Assembly (NCBI GenBank): GCA_963723125.1 | Contig: CAVRPQ010000004.1 | Location: 3,908-67,907 of the forward strand | Direction of reading: 5' to 3' | Source: an uncultured bacterium | GTDB taxonomy: Bacteria; Verrucomicrobiota; Verrucomicrobiia; Limisphaerales; UBA11358 | DNA: 64,000 nucleotides | Shown here: positions 37,513-47,637 of the stretch, one piece after another | Layout of the letters: each line of letters opens with the position of its first letter | Numbering within the stretch: the first letter of the stretch is position 1 | Made by a program: the position numbers and the translations under genes | Notes under the pieces: generated by a model | What the model was told of the DNA's origin: nothing | Seen by the model: only the letters and a program-made list of their open reading frames with translations | The model's database searches: none

Positions 37513-37803
37513 TTAAAACGATTCGTCGTCCACAATAATGCGCGCCCGCTCCCGGTCCATGCGACTATGTTCACGGGCCGATTGCATCCCCAGATGAAAT
37601 CCCGTCTCATCCTCAAAACCGACGGGGATTGGCCGGCTGATGGCAAAATGGATTTTCCCGACGACCTGATGCAACCAGTTCTCCAGGCTTTTCTCGGCGA
37701 ACTCCGGCTCCGTGAACTCGCGATCCAGTCGTGCCGTGGCACCGGCTGAAAGCCGGTCTTGCAAAATCTGGCTACGTGTCATCATGCTGCAACTGTGGCA
37801 CAT
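37513..37803 (-). CDS. hypothetical protein
   Basis: 96-aa ORF in an otherwise gene-dense minus-strand block. No motif recognised. Confidence 0.3.
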   Translation of the reverse strand: MCHSCSMMTRSQILQDRLSAGATARLDREFTEPEFAEKSLENWLHQVVGKIHFAISRPIPVGFEDETGFHLGMQSAREHSRMDRERARIIVDDESF

Positions 37804-37895
37804 ACCAGGAATGCGCCGCTAACCGGATATTGGCAGGCAATCAACAAAAATTGTCGGAAGTGTGCGAAAAACTCTTGAGCCAGGATGGAGGAATT

Positions 37896-38369
37896 TTACA
37901 AAGCCGCGAGCACTTCCGCCGCGTGTTCGTCCGGCTTGACCCGCGGCCAGATCTTTTTGATGCGGCCATCGGGCCCGATCAGAAACGTCACGCGATGGGT
38001 GCCCAGGTATTTCCGGCCCATGAAGCTTTTCTCGCCCCAAACGCCGTAAGCTGTGACCATCCGTTTGTCCTCATCCGCCAGCAACGGAAATGGCAATTTG
38101 AATTTCTCGACAAACTTGTCATGCGACTTTACCGGGTCGGTGCTCACGCCGAGCACAACCCCGCCGCGCTTCTTGAATTCGGCGAACTGGTCGCGGAAGG
38201 AGCACGCTTCCTTCGTACACCCGGGCGTGTCGTCCTTGGGATAAAAATAGAGGATGACGTTTTTGCTCCTGAAATCGGCAAGCGCAACCCGGCCACCGCC
38301 GTTGGTGGCCGCCGAAAAATCCGGCGCGGCGTCACCTTCCTTGAGCTTCAATTGGATTTCCTTCGCCAT
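37896..38369 (-). CDS. bcp: Peroxiredoxin Q / bacterioferritin comigratory protein
   Basis: MAKEIQLKLKEGDAAPDF..ILYFYPKDDTPGCTKEAC..GVSTDPVKSHDKF. The ATG at 38369 was chosen; the longer listed ORF is an over-extension. Confidence 0.85.
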   Translation of the reverse strand: MAKEIQLKLKEGDAAPDFSAATNGGGRVALADFRSKNVILYFYPKDDTPGCTKEACSFRDQFAEFKKRGGVVLGVSTDPVKSHDKFVEKFKLPFPLLADEDKRMVTAYGVWGEKSFMGRKYLGTHRVTFLIGPDGRIKKIWPRVKPDEHAAEVLAAL

Positions 38370-38424
38370 AAATTCAGCCACAGATGAGCATAGATTGACA
38401 CAGATGAAAATGAAAAAGCCGGCA

Positions 38425-39024
38425 TCAATCAGCGGTATCAGTTTTAGCCGAACTGGCCGGGTGCGCGCCGAGTTGTCTGATGCCGTCGAAAACGTAAAGC
38501 AAACCGGAAACACCGGTGAACACCGCCGCGCCGATGGTCCAGGTCTCAAACCAGCGCAGGTTCAAATCCCGATCCCAACCCAGTAAAATCCAGATCACGA
38601 CCACCATCTGAAAAACCGTGGCGACCTTGCCGAGGATGCGTGGGCGCACCGTGACTTTGCCGACGGTGAGCCTGATGACCGCGATGCCAATGAGCACCAG
38701 GACATCGCGCCCGAGGACGGTACCGGTGAGCCAGAGCGGAATCTGGCCGAGATGCGGGCTGCGGTTAAAACTCAAGGTAACGATACCTGACACGAGCAGC
38801 AGTTTGTCCGCCAGCGGATCGAGAATCGCACCGAGTTCACTTTTCTGGTTGTAGCGCCGGGCGATGTAGCCGTCCACCCCATCCAGAATCGCCGTGACCG
38901 CAAACGAGAGGAGCGCCAGCAGCCGGTGGATCTCGTTGCCGGTCTGGAGATAATAAATCAGTTCGACCACGAAAAACGGAATCAGCAGGATGCGCAGAAT
39001 CGTGATTTTATTGGCCGTCGTCAT
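38425..39024 (-). CDS. pgsA: CDP-diacylglycerol--glycerol-3-phosphate 3-phosphatidyltransferase (CDP-alcohol phosphatidyltransferase)
   Basis: NKITILRILLIP.., DGVDGYIARRYNQKSELGAILDPLADK. Confidence 0.8.
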   Translation of the reverse strand: MTTANKITILRILLIPFFVVELIYYLQTGNEIHRLLALLSFAVTAILDGVDGYIARRYNQKSELGAILDPLADKLLLVSGIVTLSFNRSPHLGQIPLWLTGTVLGRDVLVLIGIAVIRLTVGKVTVRPRILGKVATVFQMVVVIWILLGWDRDLNLRWFETWTIGAAVFTGVSGLLYVFDGIRQLGAHPASSAKTDTAD

Positions 39025-39146
39025 GATGGATTGCAGACTGAATTTTTAACGCAAAGATGCGAAGCCGCCAAGACGCAAAGAAAGGTTTGACACATTTCAT
39101 TTTGCGCCTTGCCAAACGCACGATTTCTTCGCTCAATTTTGCCTGC

Positions 39147-39650
39147 ATGAGCAACTCAAAATCAGTCCCGCCGCTGGTCGGCATTCTGATGGGCAGCGAT
39201 TCCGACTGGCCGACCATGAAAGCCGCCGCCGAGGCGTTGGCTGAATTTGGCGTGGCCAGCGAGGCCAGGGTCATTTCCGCCCATCGCGATCCGCACGGTC
39301 TCGAAGAATATGCCGCCGGCGCAGCCAAACGCGGCCTGCGCGTCATCATCGCCGGTGCGGGTGGCGCGGCGCATCTGCCGGGCGTGACCGCGGCGTTCAC
39401 CACCCTGCCCGTCATCGGCGTGCCGATTGAAAGCAAATCATTAAAGGGCCTTGACTCGTTGTTGTCCATCGTGCAGATGCCACCGGGTGTGCCGGTGGCC
39501 ACCGTCGGGATTGGCGCGGCTCGCAACGCCGGACTACTGGCGGTGCAAATTCTTGCCGTCGGCGACGAACGACTGCAAAAGGCGCTGGCCGATTTTAAGA
39601 CGAAGCTTGCCGACGAGTCGCGCGCGAAGAACAAGAATCTGGCAAAATAA
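39147..39650 (+). CDS. purE: 5-(carboxyamino)imidazole ribonucleotide mutase
   Basis: [14 protein letters not shown].., [30 protein letters not shown] at 39147. Confidence 0.9.
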   Translation: MSNSKSVPPLVGILMGSDSDWPTMKAAAEALAEFGVASEARVISAHRDPHGLEEYAAGAAKRGLRVIIAGAGGAAHLPGVTAAFTTLPVIGVPIESKSLKGLDSLLSIVQMPPGVPVATVGIGAARNAGLLAVQILAVGDERLQKALADFKTKLADESRAKNKNLAK

Positions 39651-39760
39651 ACTGTCGCGCGAAGGCCGCGAAGAATACAATTTTGCCTTCGGCCATTTCG
39701 TATCGTTCGCGCGACTCTTTTGGACATTCATTCCGGCCTTTGTTACTTTCGCAAGATTTT

Positions 39761-41569
39761 ATGAGTTCAGAAAACGAAGAAGTTGCCGCGCCATCCGATT
39801 TCATCCGCGATATCGTCGAAAAGCACGTTGCCGAGAAAAAATATGCGCAAATTCACACACGTTTTCCGCCGGAACCGAACGGTTATCTTCACATCGGCCA
39901 CGCCAAGAGCATTTGCCTGAACTTCGGCATCGCCCGCGAGTTCGGCGGTGTCTGCAATCTCCGCATGGACGACACCAATCCAACCAAGGAAGACGTCGAG
40001 TACGTGGATTCCATCACCGAAGACGTCAACTGGCTCATTAGCGGCTGGGCCGATAAAAATCTCGGCCTCAAGCCCAAAGGCAAAACGCCCGACTCCATCA
40101 CCAGCAACGGCAAACCCGATTTCCATCTGGCGCCAATTCCGAACTCCGAACTCCGAACTCCGAACTGTGGAGCGGTGGAGCCGTTCTACGCCTCCGATTA
40201 CTTTGAGCAGATATACGAATACGCCGTCGCGCTCGTCGAAAAAGGCAAGGCTTACGTCTGTGATTTGACGCCCGAAGAGACCGACGAATACCGCCGTCAG
40301 GCCAAGGAAAGTCCGTACCGCAACCGCAGCGTCGAGGAGAATCTGGATTTGTTCATGCGGATGAAAAACGGCGAGTTTCCCGACGGCAAACGGTCGCTCC
40401 GCGCGAAGATTGACGTGACTTCGCCGAACGTCTGGATGCGCGATCCCCTGCTCTATCGCATTCGCCACGCCGAGCATCATCATACCGGCCCGAAATGGTG
40501 CATCTATCCGATGTACGACTTCGCCCATTGCCTGAGCGATTACATCGAAGGCATCACGCACAGCATTTGCACACTGGAATTCGAGGTGCACCGCCCGTTG
40601 TACGATTGGATTCTGGAAAACCTCGACCTGTCGCGTCCGCTGCCACATCAATACGAATTCGCCCGGCTCAGCCTCGGCTACACCGTGATGAGCAAACGCA
40701 AGCTCATGCAGCTCGTGAATGAAAATCTCGTCGCCGGCTGGGACGACCCGCGCATGCCAACAATTTCCGGAATTCGCCGACGGGGTGTCACCCCCGAAGC
40801 TTTGCGGGACTTCGCTTACAACATCGGCATCACGAAATACAACGGCATCACGGACGTGGCCGTGCTCGAACACGCCATCCGCGAAGACTTGAACAAGCGC
40901 GCGTTGCGCCGGCTCGCCGTGCTGCGCCCGATTAAGGTTGTCATCACGAATTATCCCGAAGGCAGGACCGAGGAACTGGATGCCATCAACAATCCCGAAG
41001 ACCCGGGCGCCAGCACGCGCAAAGTTCCGTTCAGCCTCGAACTCTACATTGAGCAGGATGATTTCAAGGAAGTGCCGCCACCGAAATTTTTCCGGCTAAA
41101 ACCCGGCGGCGAAGTCCGCCTGAAATACGCCTACATCATCAAATGCGATGAAGTGGTGAAGGACGCAAGTGGCAAAATCGTTGAACTTCGCTGCACCGCC
41201 GACCTTGACAGTAAAACCGGCGGGGCAACAGCGAACCGGAAAGTCAAAGGCACGATTCATTGGGTGAGTGCCGCACACGCCATTGACGCCGAATGCCGCC
41301 TGTACGACCGGTTATTTACCGAAGCCGAGCCGGAGAAGGACGGGCGTGATTTCAAATCCGTGCTCAACCCGCACAGCCTCGAAGTGGTGACGGCCAAATG
41401 CGAACCCGCCGTCGCTGATGCTATGGCGGGCAGGCCGAGCGACGTGCGTTACCAATTTGAGCGTTTGGGATATTTCGCGTTGGACAAGGATTCCGAACTC
41501 CGAACTCTCATTTTCAACCGCACGATTACCTTAAAGGACACCTGGGCCAAAGAATCCCGGAAAGGCTGA
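39761..41569 (+). CDS. glnS: Glutamine--tRNA ligase
   Basis: [17 protein letters not shown] (HIGH), [18 protein letters not shown] (KMSKS-like), FERLGYF. It contains heptanucleotide repeats (see the repeat features). Confidence 0.95.
   Translation: MSSENEEVAAPSDFIRDIVEKHVAEKKYAQIHTRFPPEPNGYLHIGHAKSICLNFGIAREFGGVCNLRMDDTNPTKEDVEYVDSITEDVNWLISGWADKNLGLKPKGKTPDSITSNGKPDFHLAPIPNSELRTPNCGAVEPFYASDYFEQIYEYAVALVEKGKAYVCDLTPEETDEYRRQAKESPYRNRSVEENLDLFMRMKNGEFPDGKRSLRAKIDVTSPNVWMRDPLLYRIRHAEHHHTGPKWCIYPMYDFAHCLSDYIEGITHSICTLEFEVHRPLYDWILENLDLSRPLPHQYEFARLSLGYTVMSKRKLMQLVNENLVAGWDDPRMPTISGIRRRGVTPEALRDFAYNIGITKYNGITDVAVLEHAIREDLNKRALRRLAVLRPIKVVITNYPEGRTEELDAINNPEDPGASTRKVPFSLELYIEQDDFKEVPPPKFFRLKPGGEVRLKYAYIIKCDEVVKDASGKIVELRCTADLDSKTGGATANRKVKGTIHWVSAAHAIDAECRLYDRLFTEAEPEKDGRDFKSVLNPHSLEVVTAKCEPAVADAMAGRPSDVRYQFERLGYFALDKDSELRTLIFNRTITLKDTWAKESRKG
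40139..40166 (+). repeat. Heptanucleotide microsatellite (CCGAACT)x4 inside glnS
   Basis: Read directly from the sequence; encodes ..[10 protein letters not shown]... Two more units lie at 41493-41506. Confidence 0.95.
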
Positions 41570-41585
41570 CATCGCGTATGGCCCT

Positions 41586-41612
41586 TCAACTCTCAACTCT
41601 CAACTTTCAACC
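41586..41612 (+). repeat. Heptanucleotide repeat (TCAACTC)x~4 just downstream of the glnS stop
   Basis: TCAACTC TCAACTC TCAACTT TCAACC. Confidence 0.9.
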
Positions 41613-41658
41613 GGTTCTAAACGACACCCGGGTAAAGGAGGCGCAGAAAGGTTAGTCT

Positions 41659-42111
41659 ATGCCACGCCGCGAACTCAAAAGCGGAAAACAAGTCGCCGAC
41701 TGGCTCGTGGAAATTGGTTCGCAATTGAAAGCGCCCGGCAACCTGACGCTCATCGGTTCCGCAGCGTTGCTCTGGCACGCCCACGAACGCGGGCTGACGG
41801 CTGAACTTCCGGAAGCCAGCATGGACGTTGATTCCGTGACAGACAGCGACGAAGTGGCGATGCATTGTTATGAAGCGCTCATCGGCAGCGAATTCGAGCG
41901 CACGCATGGCTGGCACGTCAACTTGATGCCCGAATCCGTCTTGCAGGAGTTGCCCGGCGGCTGGAAACAACGCGCGACGCAAAAACAAACCGGCAGATTA
42001 AACCTGCTCGTCCCCGCGCCCACCGATTTGCTCGCGCCCAAACTTAAACGCAACGAACCGCGCGACCGCGCCCATGCGGATTGGGCGAAACGCATTGGAT
42101 TGCTTGACTGA
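41659..42111 (+). CDS. Nucleotidyltransferase-fold protein (DUF6036/AbiEii-like), tentative
   Basis: 150 aa: LTLIGSAALLWHAHERGLTAELPEASMDVDSV and LLVPAPTDLLAPKLKRNEPRDRAHADW resemble DUF6036. Confidence 0.4.
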   Translation: MPRRELKSGKQVADWLVEIGSQLKAPGNLTLIGSAALLWHAHERGLTAELPEASMDVDSVTDSDEVAMHCYEALIGSEFERTHGWHVNLMPESVLQELPGGWKQRATQKQTGRLNLLVPAPTDLLAPKLKRNEPRDRAHADWAKRIGLLD

Positions 42112-42133
42112 AATCACGTGTTATACTTGCGCC

Positions 42134-42412
42134 ATGTTCGTGAACGGAATCCAGTTGGAAGAATACGCCAAGCTCGAATACGGACGGTTGCTCTGGCGCG
42201 TGCCTGAATTCCGCGAACGCCTGCTCCGGCACTGGACCGACCCGCGCCATCCGCACGCCGGACGCTTTGCCGAGCATGAGGCCGACGTGCGCCACATTCT
42301 GGAAAGCCCCAAAGGTTCGGACAACGAACTGGACGCCGAACTGCGCCGCCGCAACTTGAGCCTGCGCGTCGTCGTCAAGGAAATCCCATCTGTGTTCGGC
42401 TCGTTTTTTTGA
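42134..42412 (+). CDS. hypothetical protein
   Basis: 92-aa ATG ORF following the previous gene. No motif recognised. Confidence 0.3.
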   Translation: MFVNGIQLEEYAKLEYGRLLWRVPEFRERLLRHWTDPRHPHAGRFAEHEADVRHILESPKGSDNELDAELRRRNLSLRVVVKEIPSVFGSFF

Positions 42413-42511
42413 GCGGGTATTTACGTTGAAGGATACTGTGGCGAAGGAAGCGCGGAAGGGGCACGCTTGACATAATTGACATTTTTAGGCAAACACCAAA
42501 CCTGTCCAAGC

Positions 42512-42868
42512 ATGGACGAATTTCAAGAAATTGCTAATTCTGGTGGGCGATTCGAGTTGATTCATGACGGAAATGAGGGCGTTGCGTTGCAATATACCCA
42601 CTCAGGCCCGGGCGGTTCTGCATTGTTTCAGGCTGGAGTTTCACTTGATGGGAAGGTTAAAAGCTTCCTAAACCGAATGTTCAACCGAAGACATGTATTG
42701 ACCCACAATGGTGGCAGGATTGACCAAGAATATCTCGATAGCACAGCAGACACGTCCGTCCTTCTGAACCAGACAATTTCTGTCCACAGCAAAGATCTTA
42801 AGCGTTTGCTGCCTCTGTTACAAAAATGTGCTCAGAATTTATTTGAGGCGTTTGAAACCGTCGCTTGA
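42512..42868 (+). CDS. hypothetical protein with a possible HEPN-type Rx4H motif
   Basis: FNRRHVLTHNGGRIDQEYL contains R-x4-H followed by a conserved-looking helix. The segment is AT-richer than its surroundings. Confidence 0.3.
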   Translation: MDEFQEIANSGGRFELIHDGNEGVALQYTHSGPGGSALFQAGVSLDGKVKSFLNRMFNRRHVLTHNGGRIDQEYLDSTADTSVLLNQTISVHSKDLKRLLPLLQKCAQNLFEAFETVA

Positions 42869-42913
42869 ATTCAAAGGTCATCGGCTCGCCAACATCAACT
42901 CAAACGATTTCCC

Positions 42914-43381
42914 ATGCACTTCCTGCTCGGCACAATCGCGAAAGAAGTTCCCGGCCCTGATTTAACTATTGATTGTCTTTGGTGCGGGAAACAAGGGGTG
43001 AGCGCCCGCAGCCGCTAGCGCACCGAATGGCTGATGTTATTTCATGTCCTGCCGCTGTTTCCCTTTCGCACCGTGTTTGTTCAATGCGATTTCTGCCACA
43101 AGGATATGGCGGCAAAATGTTCATTGGAGCAGTTAGCGCAGAGCAATCCGATGACCTTGAAACAACTTTTGGTCAAACGCGTGTCGTTTGTCGGAAGGGT
43201 TTGCATCATTTTGGGCGCGTTGTTGTGCTGGGCGCCGCTGGTTGGTTTGATCCCAGCCACTGTCGGATTCTTTTATCGTCGCCAATATGGAAATCCGCTG
43301 AAGAAATTGAGTATAGTGGGATTGGTACTCTCGTCGCTTTCAACTTTATTGGGTATCGCCGGGCTGATCGTCTCGAAATAA
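42914..43381 (+). pseudogene. Zinc-ribbon membrane protein interrupted by an in-frame TAG at 43016-43018
   Basis: A single frame reads MHFLLGTIAKEVPGPDLTIDCLWCGKQGVSARSR*RTEWLMLFHVLPLFPFRTVFVQCDFCHKD.. followed by two TM segments. The stop falls between the two CxxC halves. Confidence 0.4.
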
Positions 43382-44677
43382 TGGATGATTCAAAGTGTTG
43401 GTGACGACGACTTCGGCGTTGTACAGCGTGAACTTATCACCGCCCGCGAGTCTGATATGGCAGTCCTGGAATCGGATGCCACGCGCGTTATAAATGTTGA
43501 AGGGGCCGGGCGCGGCGATGTCCACATTGACAAAATCCACGTTGGACACGGGCATTTCCGGGCGTCCCCAGATGGTGCCACCGGCGATGGTGGCAGTGGC
43601 GGTGATGTTGCTGAAGGTAATGTCGCGCCAAATCGGCGTCGTGCTCGTAACCGGTTCAGCCTTGAAAGCGGCCACTCGCGTCGGAGTGAAGCGAGCGATG
43701 GTGCCGGGCGAGCCGGCAGTCCGGTAATAGCTGTAGATGAGCATGGGCATCTGCACGTTGGTCATGGTAATGTCGTGATAGAAAAGGTCCCGCACCAGGC
43801 CGCCGCGGTCGTTGTCGGCCTTCAGCCGCAAGCCAAACGTGCCGCCGGTGAACGAGCAGTTGGCAACCACGAGGTTCGAAACCCCATCGCGTGAATTGCT
43901 CCCGATGGACACGCCATGGCCGTAGCCAAAAACGCAATTTGTGATGAGCAGGTCGTTGATCGGGCCGGTAGCGCCCAGGGCGATGTTGTCGTCGCCGTCG
44001 GTGATGTGGCAATCCTCAATGATGCTGTCGGTGCCGACGAAATTCAGCCCGTCAGTGTTGGGCGAAGGTGAAACCGTGTTCACGGTGAGATTGCTGATAG
44101 TGACGTTGCCGCTGTGTCCTCGAATGCCACAATGATGATCGGGTGGGTTCTGAAAAGTGATGTCGTGAATGAAAAGGCGGTTGCAGGAAATCAAATTGAG
44201 CATCATGGGACGAATCACTTTGCGGTTGGCGCGAAACGCATCCCACCAGGCGGCACCCTGGCCGTCTATCCTGCCCCAGCCGCTGATTTCCATGTCGTGA
44301 ACGTCGTTGCAACTGATGAACGTCGGCGCTTCGGTTGTGCCACCGGGATAAATTCCCAGAGGCAACATCTGGAGCATTCCGTTAGTGTCCACTCGCAGAT
44401 TAATGCCGCTGAGCAGGGTGATCGGCCCGCTCAAAAACGTGCCCGCCGGAATCTCGACGATGCCGCCACCCGCCGCGTAGGCGGCGTTAATGGTGTTTTG
44501 GATGTTGGTCGTGCTATCCTTCGCACCGTCGCCAATGGCACCGTAATTCGTGACGTTGAAAATATTCGTCGGAATACTCGGCAACGCGGGATTGGCGGCG
44601 CGAACCCATCCCGCCAATGCCAGCCAGGCTGAAATAAGGACGACCGATCGTTTTATAGGCAACATCAGGTCCGACAA
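43346..44677 (-). CDS. Glycoside hydrolase family 28 (polygalacturonase-like, right-handed beta-helix), secreted
   Basis: FNVTNYGAIGDGAKDSTTNIQNTI, NTDGLNFVG, DGDDNIALG, GHGVSIGS. Confidence 0.85.
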   Translation of the reverse strand: MSDLMLPIKRSVVLISAWLALAGWVRAANPALPSIPTNIFNVTNYGAIGDGAKDSTTNIQNTINAAYAAGGGIVEIPAGTFLSGPITLLSGINLRVDTNGMLQMLPLGIYPGGTTEAPTFISCNDVHDMEISGWGRIDGQGAAWWDAFRANRKVIRPMMLNLISCNRLFIHDITFQNPPDHHCGIRGHSGNVTISNLTVNTVSPSPNTDGLNFVGTDSIIEDCHITDGDDNIALGATGPINDLLITNCVFGYGHGVSIGSNSRDGVSNLVVANCSFTGGTFGLRLKADNDRGGLVRDLFYHDITMTNVQMPMLIYSYYRTAGSPGTIARFTPTRVAAFKAEPVTSTTPIWRDITFSNITATATIAGGTIWGRPEMPVSNVDFVNVDIAAPGPFNIYNARGIRFQDCHIRLAGGDKFTLYNAEVVVTNTLNHPLFRDDQPGDTQ

Positions 44678-44892
44678 TGTAGTAAAATGGATTCCAATTC
44701 AAACAAAGACCGCGGGCGACGTTCGGCACGGTGCAGCGTTAAGCCTGTGGCGCAATCGTCGAGCCATAAACTCGACACTACAGCAAATCGAGTCGAGGCT
44801 CGACATTACAACCAGTTGTCAGTGTCACTTTTCTGTAACAGAGTTTTTTTGTTTTCAGCCAAAAATCGGTGCTATAATTCAACCACCGGTTT

Positions 44893-45864
44893 ATGAAACA
44901 AACCCGTCGTGAATTCGTGCGCGTTCTGTTTGTGGCCACCCAGGCGGCCGTCGCAGGCCGCTTTCTGCCGGACACGTTGCAGGCCGCCAACGTCGCGGAT
45001 ACCCCGGGCGGCGGCCTGAACTTCCTGGTTTTTGGCGATTGGGGGCGGCGCGGCGAAACTGACCAGGTGGACGTGGCCACACAAATGGGCATTGCTGCGA
45101 ACGCGATCAAGGCGCAATTTATCATCTCCGTCGGCGACAATTTCTACGAAGACGGCGTGGCCTCGACCGATGACCCGCAATGGCAAATTTCGTTTGAAGA
45201 TGTTTATCACGCCCATTCGTTACAAGTCCCGTGGTATGTCGCCCTGGGCAACCATGATTACCGCGGCAATGGCGACGCGCAAATCGCCTACAGCCGCCTG
45301 AGCCATCGCTGGAACATGCCCGCGCGTTATTTCACCCTGACCCGTCAAATGGACGCCGCCACCGCCGTGGACTTTTTCTTTCTGGACACGACCCCGATGG
45401 TGAAAAGTTACTGGCACGAACCCGGCTATCGCGAACACGTCAGCACGCAGGACGTTCCGAAACAACTCGCGTGGTTCAAAGCTGCCCTGGCCGCCTCGAC
45501 CGCGCCCTGGAAAATCGTCATCGGCCATCACCCGATTTATTCCGGCGGCGGCATCCTCGGGCACGGTGACACGCGCGAACTCATCGCCGATGTCCTGCCG
45601 TTGCTCAAACAATATCAGGTGCAGGCCTACTTCAACGGCCATGACCATAACTTGCAGCATTTGCAGGTGGGCACGGTGAATCTGTTCGATTCCGGTGCCG
45701 GCTCGCGGGCCCGGCCGGTGTTCAAGACCGGATACACCAGATTTGCCGAAGCCTGCTCCGGCTTTGCCACCGTGTCCCTGCAAGCCGACGCCATGAAAGT
45801 GCGGCTGATTGATTACCGGGGCCGACCGCTTTACACCGCCAACATCCCGCGCACCATTTCTTAA
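44893..45864 (+). CDS. Purple acid phosphatase-like metallophosphoesterase with a Tat-type signal
   Basis: MKQTRREFVRVL.., FLVFGDWG, VGDNFYEDG, LGNHDY, GHHP, GHDHNLQH. Confidence 0.8.
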   Translation: MKQTRREFVRVLFVATQAAVAGRFLPDTLQAANVADTPGGGLNFLVFGDWGRRGETDQVDVATQMGIAANAIKAQFIISVGDNFYEDGVASTDDPQWQISFEDVYHAHSLQVPWYVALGNHDYRGNGDAQIAYSRLSHRWNMPARYFTLTRQMDAATAVDFFFLDTTPMVKSYWHEPGYREHVSTQDVPKQLAWFKAALAASTAPWKIVIGHHPIYSGGGILGHGDTRELIADVLPLLKQYQVQAYFNGHDHNLQHLQVGTVNLFDSGAGSRARPVFKTGYTRFAEACSGFATVSLQADAMKVRLIDYRGRPLYTANIPRTIS

Positions 45865-46315
45865 CTCCCACTTTCCTGCTGGAGACGATTTATTCGCCGC
45901 GTCCATGAGGACCTGATAACTGCGGTGAGTTCTCTTGCGGCCAAATTTTACTAACTGACCGCCAAAAGATGTTGAGACGGCCGCGACTTTCACCGGCATC
46001 CTCGGCGGTATGAAAGAGCGCAACGACTCTTCAGCGTCGCAAGAGCGCCCGACCAAAAGCAACTTCCCAACGGCCTTTGGCTGCCCGGTGCTGGTTCAGA
46101 CTGAACATTTCAGGTGCATGGCCTATCAGGACAGAGACGGGAAATGGAAAGACTACTATCATCAGGATGAATTGATCGGAAAGGTGGAAGTGGTTGACTC
46201 GATGGATAGCCGGTCCGTTGGTTGAGACGAAAGCAAACTCGCCTTTGACGGGACCGACCGGACATTTCAATTCCAAGTTCAAGAGCCGTCGGGCGTTTTC
46301 ACGGCGGCAGCCGGA

Positions 46316-46756
46316 TCAATGGGCCGGCGGGTGGTTGATGTTCAGCCAGTAATTGCCAATGTCGCCGACCACTTGCAAAAATTTTTCGGACTCAGCGGGT
46401 TTCATGACGTAGCTGTTGACGCCCAACCGGTAGCTTTCAATCAAATCAATGTCCCGCTGCGAGGCGGTGAACACCACCACGGGGATGGCCTTGGTGCGGT
46501 CTTCAGACTTGATTTGCCGGAGCACGTCCAGGCCGCTGACGGTTTTGAGTTTCAAATCCAGCAGGATAACCTTGGGCACGTGCATTTCGCCCCAGTTAAC
46601 GAACATGCCGCTCTGGGAAATGAAATCCATCGCCTCGTAGCCGTCGAGCACATGAACGACATTGGTGGAGATGTGGCGTTGGCGTAATGCTTCCCGCACC
46701 AGTTCCGCATCTTTGGCGTCATCTTCAACCAAAAGAATGTCCACGAATTTCTGCAT
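46316..46756 (-). CDS. Response regulator (receiver domain)
   Basis: DILLVEDDAKDAEL.., VILLDLKL, IPVVVFTAS, YVMKP. ATG at 46756. Confidence 0.8.
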   Translation of the reverse strand: MQKFVDILLVEDDAKDAELVREALRQRHISTNVVHVLDGYEAMDFISQSGMFVNWGEMHVPKVILLDLKLKTVSGLDVLRQIKSEDRTKAIPVVVFTASQRDIDLIESYRLGVNSYVMKPAESEKFLQVVGDIGNYWLNINHPPAH

Positions 46757-47004
46757 CAACACTTGGCAGCGCTGGCCTGCCAGTTTCCCAACTCGTCGGA
46801 CTCGCCGCATCATGTGGACAAGGCAGAGGGACGGCCACCCGCGGATATAGATGCCCCCCGCGAAGGGGCATGGCGAGAAAAATCACAACACATTTGTTGT
46901 GGTTAAAAAACGGCAGTTTCCGTCAGATAATTCCCCACCGGTCCTGTACTCGAAAGGGTTAATCCTCCTGGATCTGGTTTGAGACCGGTTGAGCGCGTGG
47001 CTGG

Positions 47005-47499
47005 TTAGTAATATCGGGCCAGGCGCAGGTGCTCGGAATTTGAAACCGCCGCCCCTTCAAACGCCGTTTCGCTCACGCGCGGATGGAAGACTTGGTGAAT
47101 GGTGTCCAGCAGGTCGGATATTTCGACCGGTTTTTGGAAGTAGGCCAACGCGCCGACAGCCAGACTGCGACTCTTGAATTCCTCCGGTTTGGCCCCGGAA
47201 ACAACGATGATGGGGATGTGTCTGGCTTGGGGTTCGCCCATGCGTTGGAGCCATTGAACAATCAGAAACGCATCCCACGTGTTGCCGCTTTGGAAGGCAT
47301 CGGGCGGAAAGAAAATATCGAGCAGGATGAGGTCCGGCCTGTTCCGGCGCACAATGCTGAAGGCTTCGGGACCGTCAACGGCAGTAAGGACCTCGTAGCC
47401 ACTATGTTCAAGGGCGAAAGACAGGGCTTTCAGGATTACCGGATCGTCATCAACTACCAGAATCTTTTTGGCAGGCAAACTCAACGCCATAACAAGCAA
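47005..47499 (-). CDS. Response regulator (receiver domain)
   Basis: KKILVVDDDPVILKAL, LILLDIFFP, IPIIVVSG, YFQKP. Confidence 0.8.
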   Translation of the reverse strand: MLVMALSLPAKKILVVDDDPVILKALSFALEHSGYEVLTAVDGPEAFSIVRRNRPDLILLDIFFPPDAFQSGNTWDAFLIVQWLQRMGEPQARHIPIIVVSGAKPEEFKSRSLAVGALAYFQKPVEISDLLDTIHQVFHPRVSETAFEGAAVSNSEHLRLARYY

Positions 47500-47637
47500 A
47501 CCAGTATAATATAGGGAATCGGCGGAAAAATGGAAGAAAAAACATGGATCATGGGGATATCATTTACGGCATCGCATTACGGATGACCTACATTTTTTGA
47601 CTGGCAACCGGCAAGGGTTGTCTATGCTTGCACGGCT

